The position numbers were made by a program, and so were the translations under genes. A stretch of 64,000 nucleotides of DNA from Eledone cirrhosa (lineage: Eukaryota): contig OZ024741.1 in the NCBI GenBank assembly GCA_964016885.1, positions 496,001 through 560,000 on the forward strand. The letters run 5' to 3'. This document shows, piece after piece, positions 42,095 through 55,454 of this stretch (the stretch's first letter is position 1; each line of letters begins with the position of its first letter). Under the pieces are notes generated by a model, which made no database searches, had not been told where the DNA came from, and worked only from the letters and a program-made list of their open reading frames with translations.

Positions 42095-45000
42095 CTAGCA
42101 GAAGAACCGCCCAAACTCAGTTGGATATTGCAGTTCATTATTTACTGTATCATCCTTACGGGGTTGATAAAATAAAGTACCAGTAATGTACTGGGTAATT
42201 GCTGGCCTTGTGCCAATAGTAGAACCAATTATTTACTGTATCGGAGCTTCTGTAGATTATTTCATGACCTGGGAACTTGTTGACCATGAACTCATACACC
42301 AATCTTGCTGCATCATTTGTTGGAGTGATAATGGCTCTATTTGCAAGCCATAGTGGGTTTGTGTAGTTTCCTAGAAGATTTGTATACACAAAATCACACA
42401 GTCCAGACACATTGCCATATTCCAGACAAAGTTCATTTAGCAGAAGAATTGTGAATGCACCTACAGTTGGAATGTTACCATTTCCCACATCAAGAAGGTA
42501 GTTTGCAAACTGTCTTTCATTAGAATCCTCTGCATTAATTAACCGTTGATTGGTTGTCATCTCCATGGTTTCCACATAGTCCCAGAGATAGGATCTCTTG
42601 ATGGTTGCCTCAACTATTTGTGGTCTGGCACCATGTACAACTGGAAGAATTTGCTTCCTGTCACCAGATAGTAATACTGTTAGGCCACCAAATGGCTTTT
42701 TGCAATCTTGAACATCTTTGAAGCTCCTGTCAAGGCATTCAAAGATATGCTTATGTTCCATACCTATCTCATCAATGATTAGCAGGTCAGCTTGCTGCAT
42801 AAGTTTACCTGTGTCATCCCTCTTTGTGAAGAAGCATGTTGATTCAGCAGTCACATTGAGAGGAATCTTGCACTTGGAATGAAGAGTTCTACCTTTGTGA
42901 AGCAAAGTGGCTGTTATTCCAGATATGGCAGTGGCAAGTGCAATTTTTTTTTAGATCAGAGGTAATCCAATAGGATGTTTATGACATAGGTCTTTCCTGT
43001 ACCTGCACTTGCATTCAAGCAGAAAATTCTGCCTTCATTTTCATTTACAGAGGTGATTACTTTGTGAAAAAAACCAGTTGCTCAGGATTCAGTGTTGGCA
43101 GAAGTTCATTTGTGTTTGCTTGCAGTTGGTGTGTATTGAAATCAGTTTCTGCCATAAGAACCCTGTTGATTTCTGGTATGGCAACAATAGTTGGGTCTGG
43201 CCGAGGAAGTCCATAGTTGGCATGAATGTCCAAGCCATCATGTTGAAGTCTTTGTTGGATCTTCTGTAGAACAATCTGCATGGTTTGCATGGACATGACT
43301 TGCTCATGACGTTCATGCATGATATCCTCTGCAAGACAATTCTTCCATTTCTCCCAGAACTGCAGAGGGTCATTTGGCATGTAGTACAATAAAGTGGTGC
43401 AGAAGATCTCTCGCAACTGAGGACCAAGTGTAATGGATGAGGCCTCTTCCATACATTTGCCTTTTTCTCCATCTTCATCTAACAGACCAAGTTCCCTGCA
43501 TGCTTCTTGGAATGTTGGAAATTCAACTCCTTCAATTGTCATCAAATGTGTGTATGAAGTTGACCCAGCCTTGTGATGTAGGATCATTCTGAGGTAATAT
43601 AATTCAGATTGATGTCTACTGAGAGATACTGTTGGAATGCATCCAAGAGATTCACTCATAAATTGTTGATCACCATCCAGATGTCCCTTTTTTCTTCTTT
43701 GCCACTTTTTGTTTGTCCAAGTGAAATATTTAGGAATATCAATATACAATATGTTTTGTGCCAGTGGGTCTCTAATATTCAGTTGAAAATATTCCGTCAA
43801 CTTAGTCATTGGTTGTCCCCTAGAAACAACACTTTTTTCCTGCCCTCACTCATACACGACGATTTGTTCCCCAGGTAAATGGCAAGGCAACTTTTCAACT
43901 GGCCGTTTTCGAAGATGTAATAGAAATTTATAAATTCTCCAGAATGCTTCACTGGCTGAGATGTACCAAGCATTGATATAGGTCTCAATCTGATTTTGGG
44001 CATGGACACAATTTCTTTGATTATCCTTAATAGTGAAAGTGATCTTGTCTGATCCTTTTATAATGTACTTATATAAGTACTTAACAGCCTTGACACTGTG
44101 GACAACCTCACAATTGATGTGGCACTGATATCTCAATGAGAGTAAAGGGTTGTATGGAACAATCCAACGATTATCAACAGCAAATTCTTGACCTTTAAGT
44201 TATATTGTATGGGTGTGACCACCATGCTGTCTATCCCTTCTTCTATACTCCGGAAAGGAATTTTCGGCAACAAATGTGGTTTGTTCGAATGCTTTGGGAT
44301 AACTTTTTGAGCAATGGCGTTGTTGTCCTAGCCCTTCCATGCATGGGCACATCATATTAGCTTGTCCACATGGGCCATGAATGTTGCAGAATGTGATGAT
44401 CTTATGCAAATTGGATTGGTCCCTTTATCAAGAATCTCACAGTACACTACCTAATCAATGGCATCAGCAGTTTTGGGCTTGCTATCTTCAGCTATTATCA
44501 GCAGAATATGAGCATGAGTGAGGCCCCGTTTCTGCCACTCTATTGTAGCAGAATGAGCCAGGTTTCCTAGGACATTTTTTTCAGTATGTCATCCATGAAG
44601 ATGTCATACTTGATCTTGAAGACTCTTGCACAGATATCAGGACAGCCTCTAGGTTCTTCATCAGGGTGCAAACTATTTTTTATTTCATCCCAGTTAGGGT
44701 TAGTTGTTACCATGATGAAATAAGATGGCTTTCCCATGTGTCGAACCACAGTCATCGAATTCTGAAAGCACTTACTGTAGAAGTGAGGGGAACCATAGAT
44801 TGAAAGGAGGAAGAACAATTCTCCGGCCTGCATTTACTGAATCTCCTTCAGCCACAGCATCATACAAACTCTCATACTTTTCAGCTCGTATCATGGTTTG
44901 ATTGTTGCAGACCCATTTGAGGCGACAATGTTCTATTTTTGCCTGGGCATCTACAGCATATTGCTGCATCAGCCACCTGCTCTTTATGATAGTTATAGTC

Positions 45001-45972
45001 ACCTTGCCTAACCTGAAACCGATAACAGTAGAAATCAGTGGGTGTGAGTGTGTGGTTGTTGTCAATCCTTTTCAAACCAACCTGAAACCCATCATTCCCA
45101 CAAGGAAACAGTAGCACATAATGCAGAGGATCATAAGAACGGTGTAACTGATGAATCCTCTGAAGACCACCATCTCTTTTATGAATGATGACATCCAAAA
45201 GACCTAATGCTGTATCAGGTTGAATAACAGCAATCTCAGATGCCATGGGAAGATTATATGTGCAACAATGAAAATCAGTGGGTTTTACTTTGTCAGCATG
45301 TAGGACAATATTCACATTTTCAGAGACTGGCATTTCAATGACTGATTTGAAGCTTCTTATATAGGAGTTGCAGTAGTGCAAGTCTTCTTGCAAGTCCTGC
45401 GGGACAACAGCATCTAAATTAGCATGATGCAAGCGATTCTGAAGCTCATGATCTGTATCATAGAAGTAAAGCTGCGCAAACTTGGGTGAAGCATCACTTG
45501 GAAGTAGTGATCCAATAATATGATAAATCTTACCTTGGATCTTAAATGTGGGACTAAATCCTGGTGTTTTAATCTCTTTGCAACCAATTGAAGCTAAGGC
45601 AAGCACGTTGTTATATGTACGTATCTTATGGAGAAAAGAATTTCCTGCTCGATTGATATCGAAATATTTCAGTATATTTGGTGGAGGAGGGGGAAGTTAA
45701 GGGAGTTTCACTTTTCCCTGGAAGCAGCACAGAGATTTGGGTTCATGTGGCCAGCGATAAGCTTTGCAGTGCGGACAAACAGATGCAAAGAGACTCCCTG
45801 CATTATGTTGTGGCATTAGGGAAAGAACAGTTTGCTTTTGGAAAGGTTCATCTGTAGGATTCTTTGCCAGACCTTCAATTGACCTGTTCCTTCCTCTCTG
45901 AACGTTTGGTGTATTTGTTGCAAGTTGTTGTTGGTGTGTTAACTGAATTACATTTGTAGAAACACGTATCAA

Positions 45973-46020
<48 letters not shown>

Positions 46021-46298
46021 CTGTCACAGTCACTCCTCTCTTTATATACTCACACATACAATCTCTATCTCACTCTAGCAATTTTAGGAAATTAAAGAAC
46101 AACAACATGCACGCACATCAGCGTGTTGAAAAGAATCCAAATCGCTTCATCTTTCTCTTTCTCTCTCTCTCTCTCTATATATATAGTATAGATATACCGG
46201 AAGTATTGAAATTTGAATCTTTTAAAAGAAGTGATAAACAGGATAAAAAATTATATTCTGGATGCAGTCCCGCGCTCCTTACTTTATTATAGTTTAGA
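42095..46298 (-). mobile_element. Helitron (degenerate Rep/PIF1 helicase) with both termini
   Basis: Fragments CPHC...CCFQGKVKLP, PKFAQLYFYD, YDPLHYVLLFP, EWQKRGLTHAHIL, HGPCG, HINCE...KYLYKY, AGTGKT, IIDEI, FGG...GD; 5' end TCTAAACTATAATAAAG at 46298; 3' CTAG at 42095-42098; inserted between A (42094) and T (46299). Confidence 0.9.
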
Positions 46299-46701
46299 TT
46301 TCCAGGTTGATAAAACAAAGTACCAGTAGTGCACTGGGGTCTATTTTATCGATCCCCCTCCCTTCCAAAGAAAAAGAAAGAAATTCTTGGGTTTGTGCTT
46401 AAATCAGAAACCATTATTGTTACATATCTTTAGAAACTCCTACTTTTTTTGCACATTCATTGTAAATGTAAGCTTGGCTGTGTGATTAGAAGTTTGCTTT
46501 GATTCCACTGTATGGCACCTTGGGCAGGTGTTCTCGATTGTAGTGTTAGGCTGACTATTGTCTTGTAAGGGAAATTGGAGAAATGGGAACTGTGCTGAAG
46601 CTCATCATTTATGTGTTATATATATATACAAATTACCAGACAAACAAATGTATGTATGTATGTGTATATATATATGTGTGTTGGCTCAACTTATAATAGA
46701 A

Positions 46702-46762
<61 letters not shown>

Positions 46763-46789
46763 CTGTGTCTTTAATGGTAGCTATGATGC

Positions 46790-47690
46790 TTCCATAGGCA
46801 GTATGCCAGTTGAGCACTCTATGTGCTTACAGAGCAGAGTGTGATATAATATAAAACGAAAAATCAGTGATGCATCTGGACTCAATTTATTGTGTGTTAC
46901 AATTGTTTCGCCAGCAGACAGCTCGAGACATGATCATTGTATGGATCTGTCTGATTCTAGAACTGCAGGTTCGTCGGACACTTCCAATAATTTCGGAACA
47001 AATTTTCTCACTGGGGTTTTAGCTTCAAAAAACATCTTCCTCGCTTGTCCTGCCGTTGGTGTTGTTTTTCTACGTCATCATAAATTCTGGCCAATAATTG
47101 CTGCTATACTGTTCATCAGCTACTTTCCGTCCAACACACTTCAATTAATTCATGCTGGGTTTGGTATTTCAAAGGTCACTCACTTACACATACACACACA
47201 CACATATACACATACACGCGCACACATACATATATATACATACGCACACATGTACATATACACACCCATATACATATACACACACACATGCCCATGACCA
47301 TATAACTAACAACATACGTGTCCACAGGCGCCTGCCTACATGCCCTCGTACATCAGCTCGTACATACAAAGACACACATGCGTATGCGTACATCTACTCA
47401 TATACACAAACACGTACAGACATATACATAGACACGCACATATACACATAGACACGCTTCCAAACACATACATACACACATACATATATATCTGTATATA
47501 TATATATACATGTGTATATGTACACACACATAAACGTACTCACCAGCAATCCCTTAGCCTGTTTTAGGTGCACACACACACACACACTGGCTCATATACA
47601 TTCAAACAAATATGCGCCCAAATACCTCCGTGCCCACATACATCCACAAAGATAGATACACTCACACATATCTCTGTTCGTACTCAAATG
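46790..47690 (-). mobile_element. Solo Penelope-type pLTR-like repeat carrying a hammerhead fold
   Basis: About 47115-47690 recurs inverted at about 63365-64000; contains the ribozyme fold at 46894-46981. Confidence 0.65.
46894..46981 (-). ncRNA. Type I hammerhead-like ribozyme (CCGACGA core, long stem II)
   Basis: Minus strand reads gtgt-CCGACGA-acctgcag...ctgctggc-GAAA-caattg-TA-acac; stem I can extend through TTATTG/CAATAA. Confidence 0.62.
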
Positions 47691-47974
47691 TGTTACCTAC
47701 ACGGCCACATTACAGCGTGGACTGTGTGTTTTTTTGTCGTGACACCTACACGACCTCATTTGTTTCAGACTGGATGTTGTGGCACCAACATAACTTTACA
47801 TTGAAAGGGGTAGTGTGGATGGGGTGGGGGTAGTGGGACGGGGGTGTATTTTGTTAGAGGTGCCTACTTACTGTAGTAGGTTTTACTTTGTATTTAGGTA
47901 AGGCGGGTCTTCTCTATTACTGTGTAGCGCCAAAGATATCGGTCCAGTGACATTGCCTTGGAGAGGTGTAAGTG

Positions 47975-48050
<76 letters not shown>

Positions 48051-48237
48051 CATATATATGTATATATATATATATATATATACATACATATATATGTATA
48101 GTATATAAGGGAGAGGATCAGGAGTGTGTAACACTCCACTTATCCAATAGGCAATATAAGGTTAGCTCGATGTCTGAGGACAGAGCCGTAATATAATTAA
48201 CAACAAAGAACGCTTAGAGCATAGGTATATCTTTACT

Positions 48238-48284
48238 TGCTAACAGTGTTTCGTCCACACTATAAGTGGGACTCATCAGAGCAT
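48238..48284 (-). ncRNA. Minimal type I hammerhead ribozyme (mirror copy)
   Basis: Reverse complement of 51592-51637. Confidence 0.82.
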
Positions 48285-51200
48285 AAAGAGTGATTACATA
48301 TTACACAAGCAATAACAAATCCAAGACATTGAAGAAATAAAAAATAAACATTGAAAAATAAGCATTGAAAAATAAGAGGTGCTATCAGTCACAGTTGGGC
48401 AGGGTGCTGTTAACATACAGTTACATACAAGCATACGCATAAGCATGAGCACCCGCATGCAACCACACAACAGGCAGCCATATGCAACACATATAGTATA
48501 GACTAATACAAATAACATATCATGGACGAGTATGCAAAAGCTAAGAGATGAATGGTGGGTATACAATGGGTAAAAATACAATGGGTAAAAGTAAGATAAA
48601 CAAAGGATAAAAATAGATTAACCATAGATAAAAAATAGATTAACCATGGATAAGAGATAGAGAATAGATAAGGAATAGACAAGAATAGATAAGATAGATA
48701 GGAGTAGATAAAAATAGATAAAAAATAGATAAAAAATAGATAAAAAATAGACAAATAAAAAATATATATATAAAATATACAAATAGAGATAAAGGGATAA
48801 TAGCTCACTTTCGAAATTATCCAATAGGCTATTATGCGGGGGGCTCCTATATGTCTTAAAGCCATAATTATTAAAACTACGCTTATCTTCAGGGCTATCA
48901 TACTTCTTATCAAAATGGAACGCACGCCACCGAACACGTTTTACGAAGGAATTTATGCTAGTTATCAGTAATTTCTCATATGAGATTTTAGAGGGGGTGG
49001 GAATATTCTTCAAAGAAATGGGTAAGTATGTCTTTTCGGGCTGCCCTCTGAATGGTTTCTGCCTTATTAGAAACATAGTTTACGCGTGTGATGTGGTAAC
49101 TACGGCGTCCACTACAACTTATATAGGATCAACTTCCACCCCCTTTAAGACCAGGTTTAACTCTCACCAGTGCACTTTTAGACACAATAAACTGAGGAAT
49201 TCCACCTCCTTGGCAGCGTACGTCCACAATTTAAAAAATGCACGAACACATTACACCCTCACTTGGCGGCAGGTTGCTAAATCCCATCCATATACTCCTC
49301 ATAATAGAGTATGTAACCTATGCCTTGCTGAATCCCACTCTATTATATTTGCTAAATGCTCTCTACTAAACAGAAAGTCAGAAATATTTTCCTCTTGCCC
49401 CCACCGAATATTAAGCTCTTCTACTTTAAACCTATTAGCTAGCACTTTCTTAATTCTCCAGTTGGGCTATCTTGTGTAACTGTCTCTTATTGTGTGTAAT
49501 TGTTTCCTATTGTTTGTCTTCTATGTATATGAGTCTGTGTGTGTATACGTATGCCTGCGGGAGAATATTGATCTGGATATTGAGGTGTACAGGTGAGTTG
49601 GTGTGTATGTTAATAAGCACCCCTGTTTGGCACAGTGGATGTGACCCATCCACGCTCGCCTAGCCACCCTTAATGCATTGGTGGGTCTATCCCAACGTGT
49701 ATTTTACGGATCTGTACCTCTGTATGCGCATGAGTTATGATGTAACATATCTATGTAGAGCGTGTACTGCGATATAGGCTGCACAAATGGAAATCTAGCC
49801 TGTAACTGTGAGCGGACCTGTGCCATCTCGCCGTGAGCAGTAGATACGTAGCACATGCACGTGTTACCCTCCTATTCTGTGGTTTAAGATCTACAGGCTG
49901 ACTTCGGAGAGCTCTTGCCCGGTGTTGTAGTCTTTCTAGCACAATCGGCCTTCCATATATTGACGGTCGTTGTTATTATCCCAAAAGTAACGTTTTGGCC
50001 CCGATAGCCCTCCGTAGTTATTAACGGTCTGTTTACACTTGAATCGGGCGACTACACGTGTGGACATGCATATCTTCGTAAGAATTTACTTTGATTAATT
50101 TTGCTGCATCTCCTCGTAAGAATTTATTTTGAATGTATTATCTGTGACCAGTTGTGAGCGACTGTGGTGGGTTCTGCCTTTGTTGGCCTAATGTGATATT
50201 TCTGTGTATTATATCCGCTTTGACCCGGGTGTCCTACGCTGTGTATGTGTGCGTGTGTGTCTGTATATACATTTATATGTGTATGGGTGTAGGTGGTTGT
50301 ATGTGTCTATATATAAATATATATATATGTATACTGTCTCTGCATATGCATGTGGTGTGTGTATATGCATATACGTACTAACCATATTGTTGTGTATAAT
50401 CTTGGGATGCCTCAATGTTGTGATTTCATGGATATTGGCTTTTGAAGCTATTTTTTATATGCGCTGTTGAGTATGCATATTAACCCGCCTAACCCAACTG
50501 TATTTGCTTGCTTTCGGCTAGCCCACCTGCACTTGCTTGCTTTCGGCCCACTTATCTGCCTCTTGATGTTCATGTTGATGTAAACGATTTTGCTTGCTAC
50601 CTTGTGACGTTGTGACACTCAGTTATCTGCCCATGGATGTTCCTGCTGCTGCATGTGAATTTACCTACCTTCCTTGCATACGTCCTCGCTAGTGATGTGG
50701 ATATACCTCTGTTGACCAATAGATTCCTGCCAGAGTGTGAACCTTTTGTGATTGCCCCACCGCTCAACTGTGTGAATGCACACCCGTGACTTTCGAGTGT
50801 GAACTTCTGTGACTGCCCAACCTGGGATGTCTCCATTGCATTGCAATGGTCAACTCAATCGAGTGTGGACATAGCACCTGTTGATTATAAATCTCATTTG
50901 AGCATTTGATTGTTGTGATATGGCTAACTGTAACACTTAAGGCGTTCGTGTGCCCCTGATATATTCAAGAAATATATTCTAAAATAATATATCTTATCTC
51001 ACTTTACTTTATTTTATTTTATTTCATTGTATTTTATTTTATATAATTTTATTTTATTTTATTCTTTACCCTTTATCTCTATTATCTGTATATTTTATAT
51101 ATATATTTTTTATATTTTTTATATATATTATTTGTCTATTTTTTATCTATTTTTTATCTATTTTTATCTACTCATATCTATCTTATCTATTCTTGTCTAT

Positions 51201-51591
51201 TCCTTATCTATTCTCTATCTCTTATCCATGGTTAATCTATTTTTTATCTATGGTTAATCTATTTTTATCCTTTGTATATCTTACTTTTACCCATTGTATT
51301 TTTACCCATTGTATACCCACCATTCATCTCTTAGCTTTTGCATACTCGTCCATGATATGTTATTTGTATTAGTCTATACTATATGTGTTGCATATGGCTG
51401 CCTGTTGTGTGGTTGCATGCGGGTGCTCATGCTTATGCGTATGCTTGTATGTAACTGTATGTTAACAATACCCTGCCCAACTGTGACTGATAGCACCTCT
51501 TATTTTTCAATGCTTATTTTTCAATGTTTATTTTTTATTTCTTCAATGTCTTGGATTTGTTATTGCTTGTGTAATATGTAATCACTCTTTA

Positions 51592-51637
51592 TGCTCTGAT
51601 GAGTCCCACTTATAGTGTGGACGAAACACTGTTAGCA
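51592..51637 (+). ncRNA. Minimal type I hammerhead ribozyme
   Basis: tgct-CTGATGA-gtcc-cac/ttata/gtg-t-ggac-GAAA-c-act-GTT-agca: canonical core, G-C closing stem II, very short stem III, GUU triplet. Confidence 0.85.
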
Positions 51638-51839
51638 AGTAAAGATATACCTATGCTCTAAGCGTTCTTTGTTGTTAATTATATATATGTATATATATAT
51701 ATATATATACATACATATATATGTATATATATATATATATATACATACATATATATGTATATATATATATACACTCACATATATATATGTACATACACAC
51801 ACATACATACACATCAATAAAAAAAATTACAATATACCA

Positions 51840-53000
51840 AAATATACATCTAATATACATTCTCCACAGCACCTAACATGGCCGACTACATGGCCAAAAC
51901 CAACGATGTAAAGATGGGGAACATCGACTGTCTGTCGGAGCGTGGAGGACCTCTTGGGGACTGGCCTTCAAATAATTACCTAGCTCCCGAGGGTGCCGCC
52001 ACGCCTGCGGAAGGCGATACAATCCAACGCCAGGTGGGAACGAGTGGCAAGGGGGAGATCACCGTGCCGGCGGAACAACACCCTGAGAATCGTGAGGGCC
52101 AAGCGTCCGAAGCGAACAAAATAACAACAGAACTTGTAACTGCAGAGCAGGCACCCAGTGCCCCCTGCAAGGAAAATGCCTGACGAAGGGCCTGGTATAC
52201 AAATGTGTGGTTAGCACCCACAATGTAAAGCGCACCTACATCGGCGCAACATCCACGACCTTTAAATCGCGGATCAAGGACCGGAGCAAGAGGCACTCCA
52301 CTAGGCGGGCGGACCTGGTGTGGGACCTGAAAGGCAAAGGCACCCCGTACGCCCTTGACTGGAGTATCATTCGGCACGCGAATGCATACTCGGCTGGAAG
52401 TAGAAAATGTAGTCTATGCCTATACGAGGCCATGGAAATAGTCAAACTGAAGGATGACGCGGTCAACCTGAAATCAGAAATTATCATGACCTGCAGTCAC
52501 CAGAGAAGGTACACACTCTCCGCATGGAATCCCCCGGGAAGCCCAGGTTAAGGACATTCAGCGGAGCATGCGCCGACCAGAGCGACGAAACGGGTTCAAG
52601 GGATCGGACACCATACCCTGATGACATTATATGCCCCGTGGGGTAAACCAAGATAACCCAAGATGCATACCCGACTCTGCACGTCACCCTAGGCAGGAAC
52701 ATCGCCTGAGCCGAGACAGGTTGACCCGGATTCCACGGTCGCTCAGTCAGGTACTTTGCACCCATAGGACAACACACCTCAACCACAGTGGCAGACCCCA
52801 ATATGACCAGGCTACACACCCCCATGCATGTGTACCTTTTCAATCGTGAATACATACTCTCCACGTGTTCCATTTTGGAACACATATTATTTGTTCCGTA
52901 CACAGACCTAAGTGTGCACCTTATACTCCCCATATGTACTATATTACACACATACACATACCTTCTCCTTTCTCCTCTCTTTTTTTAATATATCTCTATG
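51840..53000 (+). mobile_element. Penelope-like 3' fragment (GIY-YIG endonuclease)
   Basis: In frame from about 52135: CNCRAGTQCPLQGKCLTKGLVYKCVV...YIGATSTTFKSR...CSLCLYE...NLKSEIIMTCSHQ. Confidence 0.8.
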
Positions 53001-53296
53001 TGATGTTATATGCATATTTTAATACATTGTATATTTATTTTATTGTTTTTATATGTATGTATATGCGTAGGTGTGTGTGTATGTATATATATATATATAT
53101 GTGTATATATGTGTGTGTGTATGTAGAGATATATATGTGTATATATAAGGATTAAAATACTGGAGCGTGTTGGAGTTAAACACCCTCTTTGTATTATAGA
53201 AATGACAGTAAAAGGTATAGCTCAATGTAATTAAACAGAACCGAAGAATTATGAAAATAAAACAAAGAAGCCTTCAATACATCAAAAGTCTTTATT

Positions 53297-53337
53297 AGCC
53301 AACAATGTTTCGTCCTATTAAGGACTCATCAGGGCAA
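53297..53337 (-). ncRNA. Minimal type I hammerhead ribozyme (mirror copy)
   Basis: Reverse complement of 54405-54446. Confidence 0.82.
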
Positions 53338-54404
53338 TCAAAACCACAAGAAGTACTATCGGCCAATACAAGCCGAAAACTCCGAAGAATATGGAGTGTA
53401 CATACACTAAAGTATTGGAAGATTATGGGTAAAAATATATAATAAAAATCACTAAGGAGGTGGATAACATTTTGAACCATATTACAAATATAGTCCAAAG
53501 CAAAAAAACTAGAGCTAAACAAAGGTGGTTATATAGAGCGGGAATTATAGTACTATATATAATACAATATAATATAATATAATATACTTGTAACAATATT
53601 AAAATTAAAATTAAAAGGCACAATATACATATGTATATATGTACGCACACGTACGCACATATACATATACATCAATACACATTTCCATCATTAACAGCAC
53701 AAATTAAACCTTATTAAGAGTTTAAATATAAATAAGCATAATAGGAATAAAAATAATAATAATACGTATATCTAATATACAGTATAACATGAAGTAATGA
53801 AATGATTAAAAGTAACACATATAATATATAATAAACTATATAATTATATAATATATAATATAATATAATAGATAATCTCCGGTTAATTTACACAAACAAT
53901 ATAGATGTCACAATAATACTATAATAATAATATAATTGTTTCTACTTTAGGCACAAGGCCAGCAATTACCCAGTGCATTACTGGTACTTTATTTTATCGA
54001 CCCCGTAAGGATGAAAGGCAAAGTCATCCTCGGCAGGATTTGAACTCAGATCGTAAAGGGACGTAACTATGCTGGAAAGCATGGCGTCCGACCCTCTGCC
54101 GATACTGCATAATAATATATAATATATAATGGCATGTAAGTTAACAAATCAATTCATATAGAGTTACAGAGTAGGTGAGAAAAAAATATAAATTGTACAA
54201 TACCCAAAATTATGATGGTACAAAAATATAAACATCTTACATGATATATAAAATTTAACATATCATAATGGTACATAAAATCATCGGTAAGTAATAAGGA
54301 TCAATAGTACAATAACAACTTCAAGTTGTTATTGTACTATTGATCCTTATAGTACTATTGTACTATTGATCCTTATAGTACTATAGTACTTCTTGTGGTT
54401 TTAA

Positions 54405-54446
54405 TTGCCCTGATGAGTCCTTAATAGGACGAAACATTGTTGGCTA
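54405..54446 (+). ncRNA. Minimal type I hammerhead ribozyme
   Basis: gcc-CTGATGA-gtcct/taat/aggac-GAAA-c-att-GTT-ggc. Confidence 0.85.
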
Positions 54447-54537
54447 ATAAAGACTTTTGATGTATTGTAGGCTTCTTTGTTTTATTTTCATAATATGTGT
54501 ATATATATATATATGTATGTATATATGTGTGTATATA

Positions 54538-55205
54538 TCATCATCATCATCATCAACGTTTAACGTCTGTGTTCCACGCTTGCATGGGTTTGGACGGGGG
54601 TAGTCCCACTTGAGGCAAGAGTGATTGTCTTGCTCGCATAGGACTGTCTGGCAGGTTTTCTACAGTTGGATGCCCTTCCTAACACCAACCACATTTACAG
54701 TGTGGGTCTGGGAGGTTTTTACCGTGTTGCCTACACGGCCACATTACAGCGTGGACTGTGTGTTTTTTTGTCGTGACACCTACACGATCTCATTTGTTTC
54801 GGCCTATGGCGCGGCACCAACATAACTTTACATAGAATGGGGTGGTGTGGATGGGGTGGTGGTGGTGGGACGGGGTGTATTTTGTTAGAGATGCCTACTG
54901 GTTGGAGTAGGTTTTACTATATATTTAGGTAAGGCGGGTCTTCTCTGTTACTGAGTACCGCCAAAGGTCTCGGTCCAGTGACATTGTCTTGGAGAGGTGT
55001 AAGTGTGTGATGTCGGAGTTTATCAGCTCGTCCCAGGTTTTTCTAGGTCTGCCTATTCCGTGACTACCGTCTATCTTTATTGCCCTGCACTTTGTTATAC
55101 AGCTATCGACTTTCATGCGCATCACGTGTCCATACCAACGTAGCCTTCTCTCGAGTAAACAACATCTGATCCCTCTTATCTCTAATTTTTTCCTTAGTTC
55201 GTTTA
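54538..55205 (-). mobile_element. RTE LINE 3' fragment
   Basis: ORF 54925-55125 GRPRKTWDELINSD...; (GAT)n tail at about 54538-54553; another piece at about 47690-47975. Confidence 0.88.
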
Positions 55206-55454
55206 TATATATATATATGTGTGTGTATATATGTGTATATGTATATGTTACGTGAATGTGTGTGGATGTATTGTATATTTATTTTATTGTATATTGTATA
55301 TTTATTTTATTGTTTTTATATGTGTGTATATGTGTAAGCGTATGTGTGTGTATATACATGTGTGTGTATGTATATATATATATATATATATATGTATGGG
55401 TATATATATATGTATATATATATATGTGTGTGTGTGTATATGTGTATGTGTGTG

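Larger units (their letters stand above)
48110..51684 (+). mobile_element. Rearranged Penelope-like element: inverted pLTR plus antisense N-terminal ORF piece, GIY-YIG, long 3' region, pLTR
   Basis: 48191-48797 inverts about 51070-51684; + strand GIY-YIG CPLNGFCLIRNIVY...YIGST...CNLCLAE (about 49040-49420); - strand SLKNIP...FVKRVRWRA...YGFKT (about 48800-49035). Confidence 0.85.
53150..54494 (-). mobile_element. Penelope-type pLTR with short inverted copy; SINE inserted at about 53935-54110
   Basis: 53248-53358 inverts about 54384-54494 and both arms hold a hammerhead. Confidence 0.75.
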
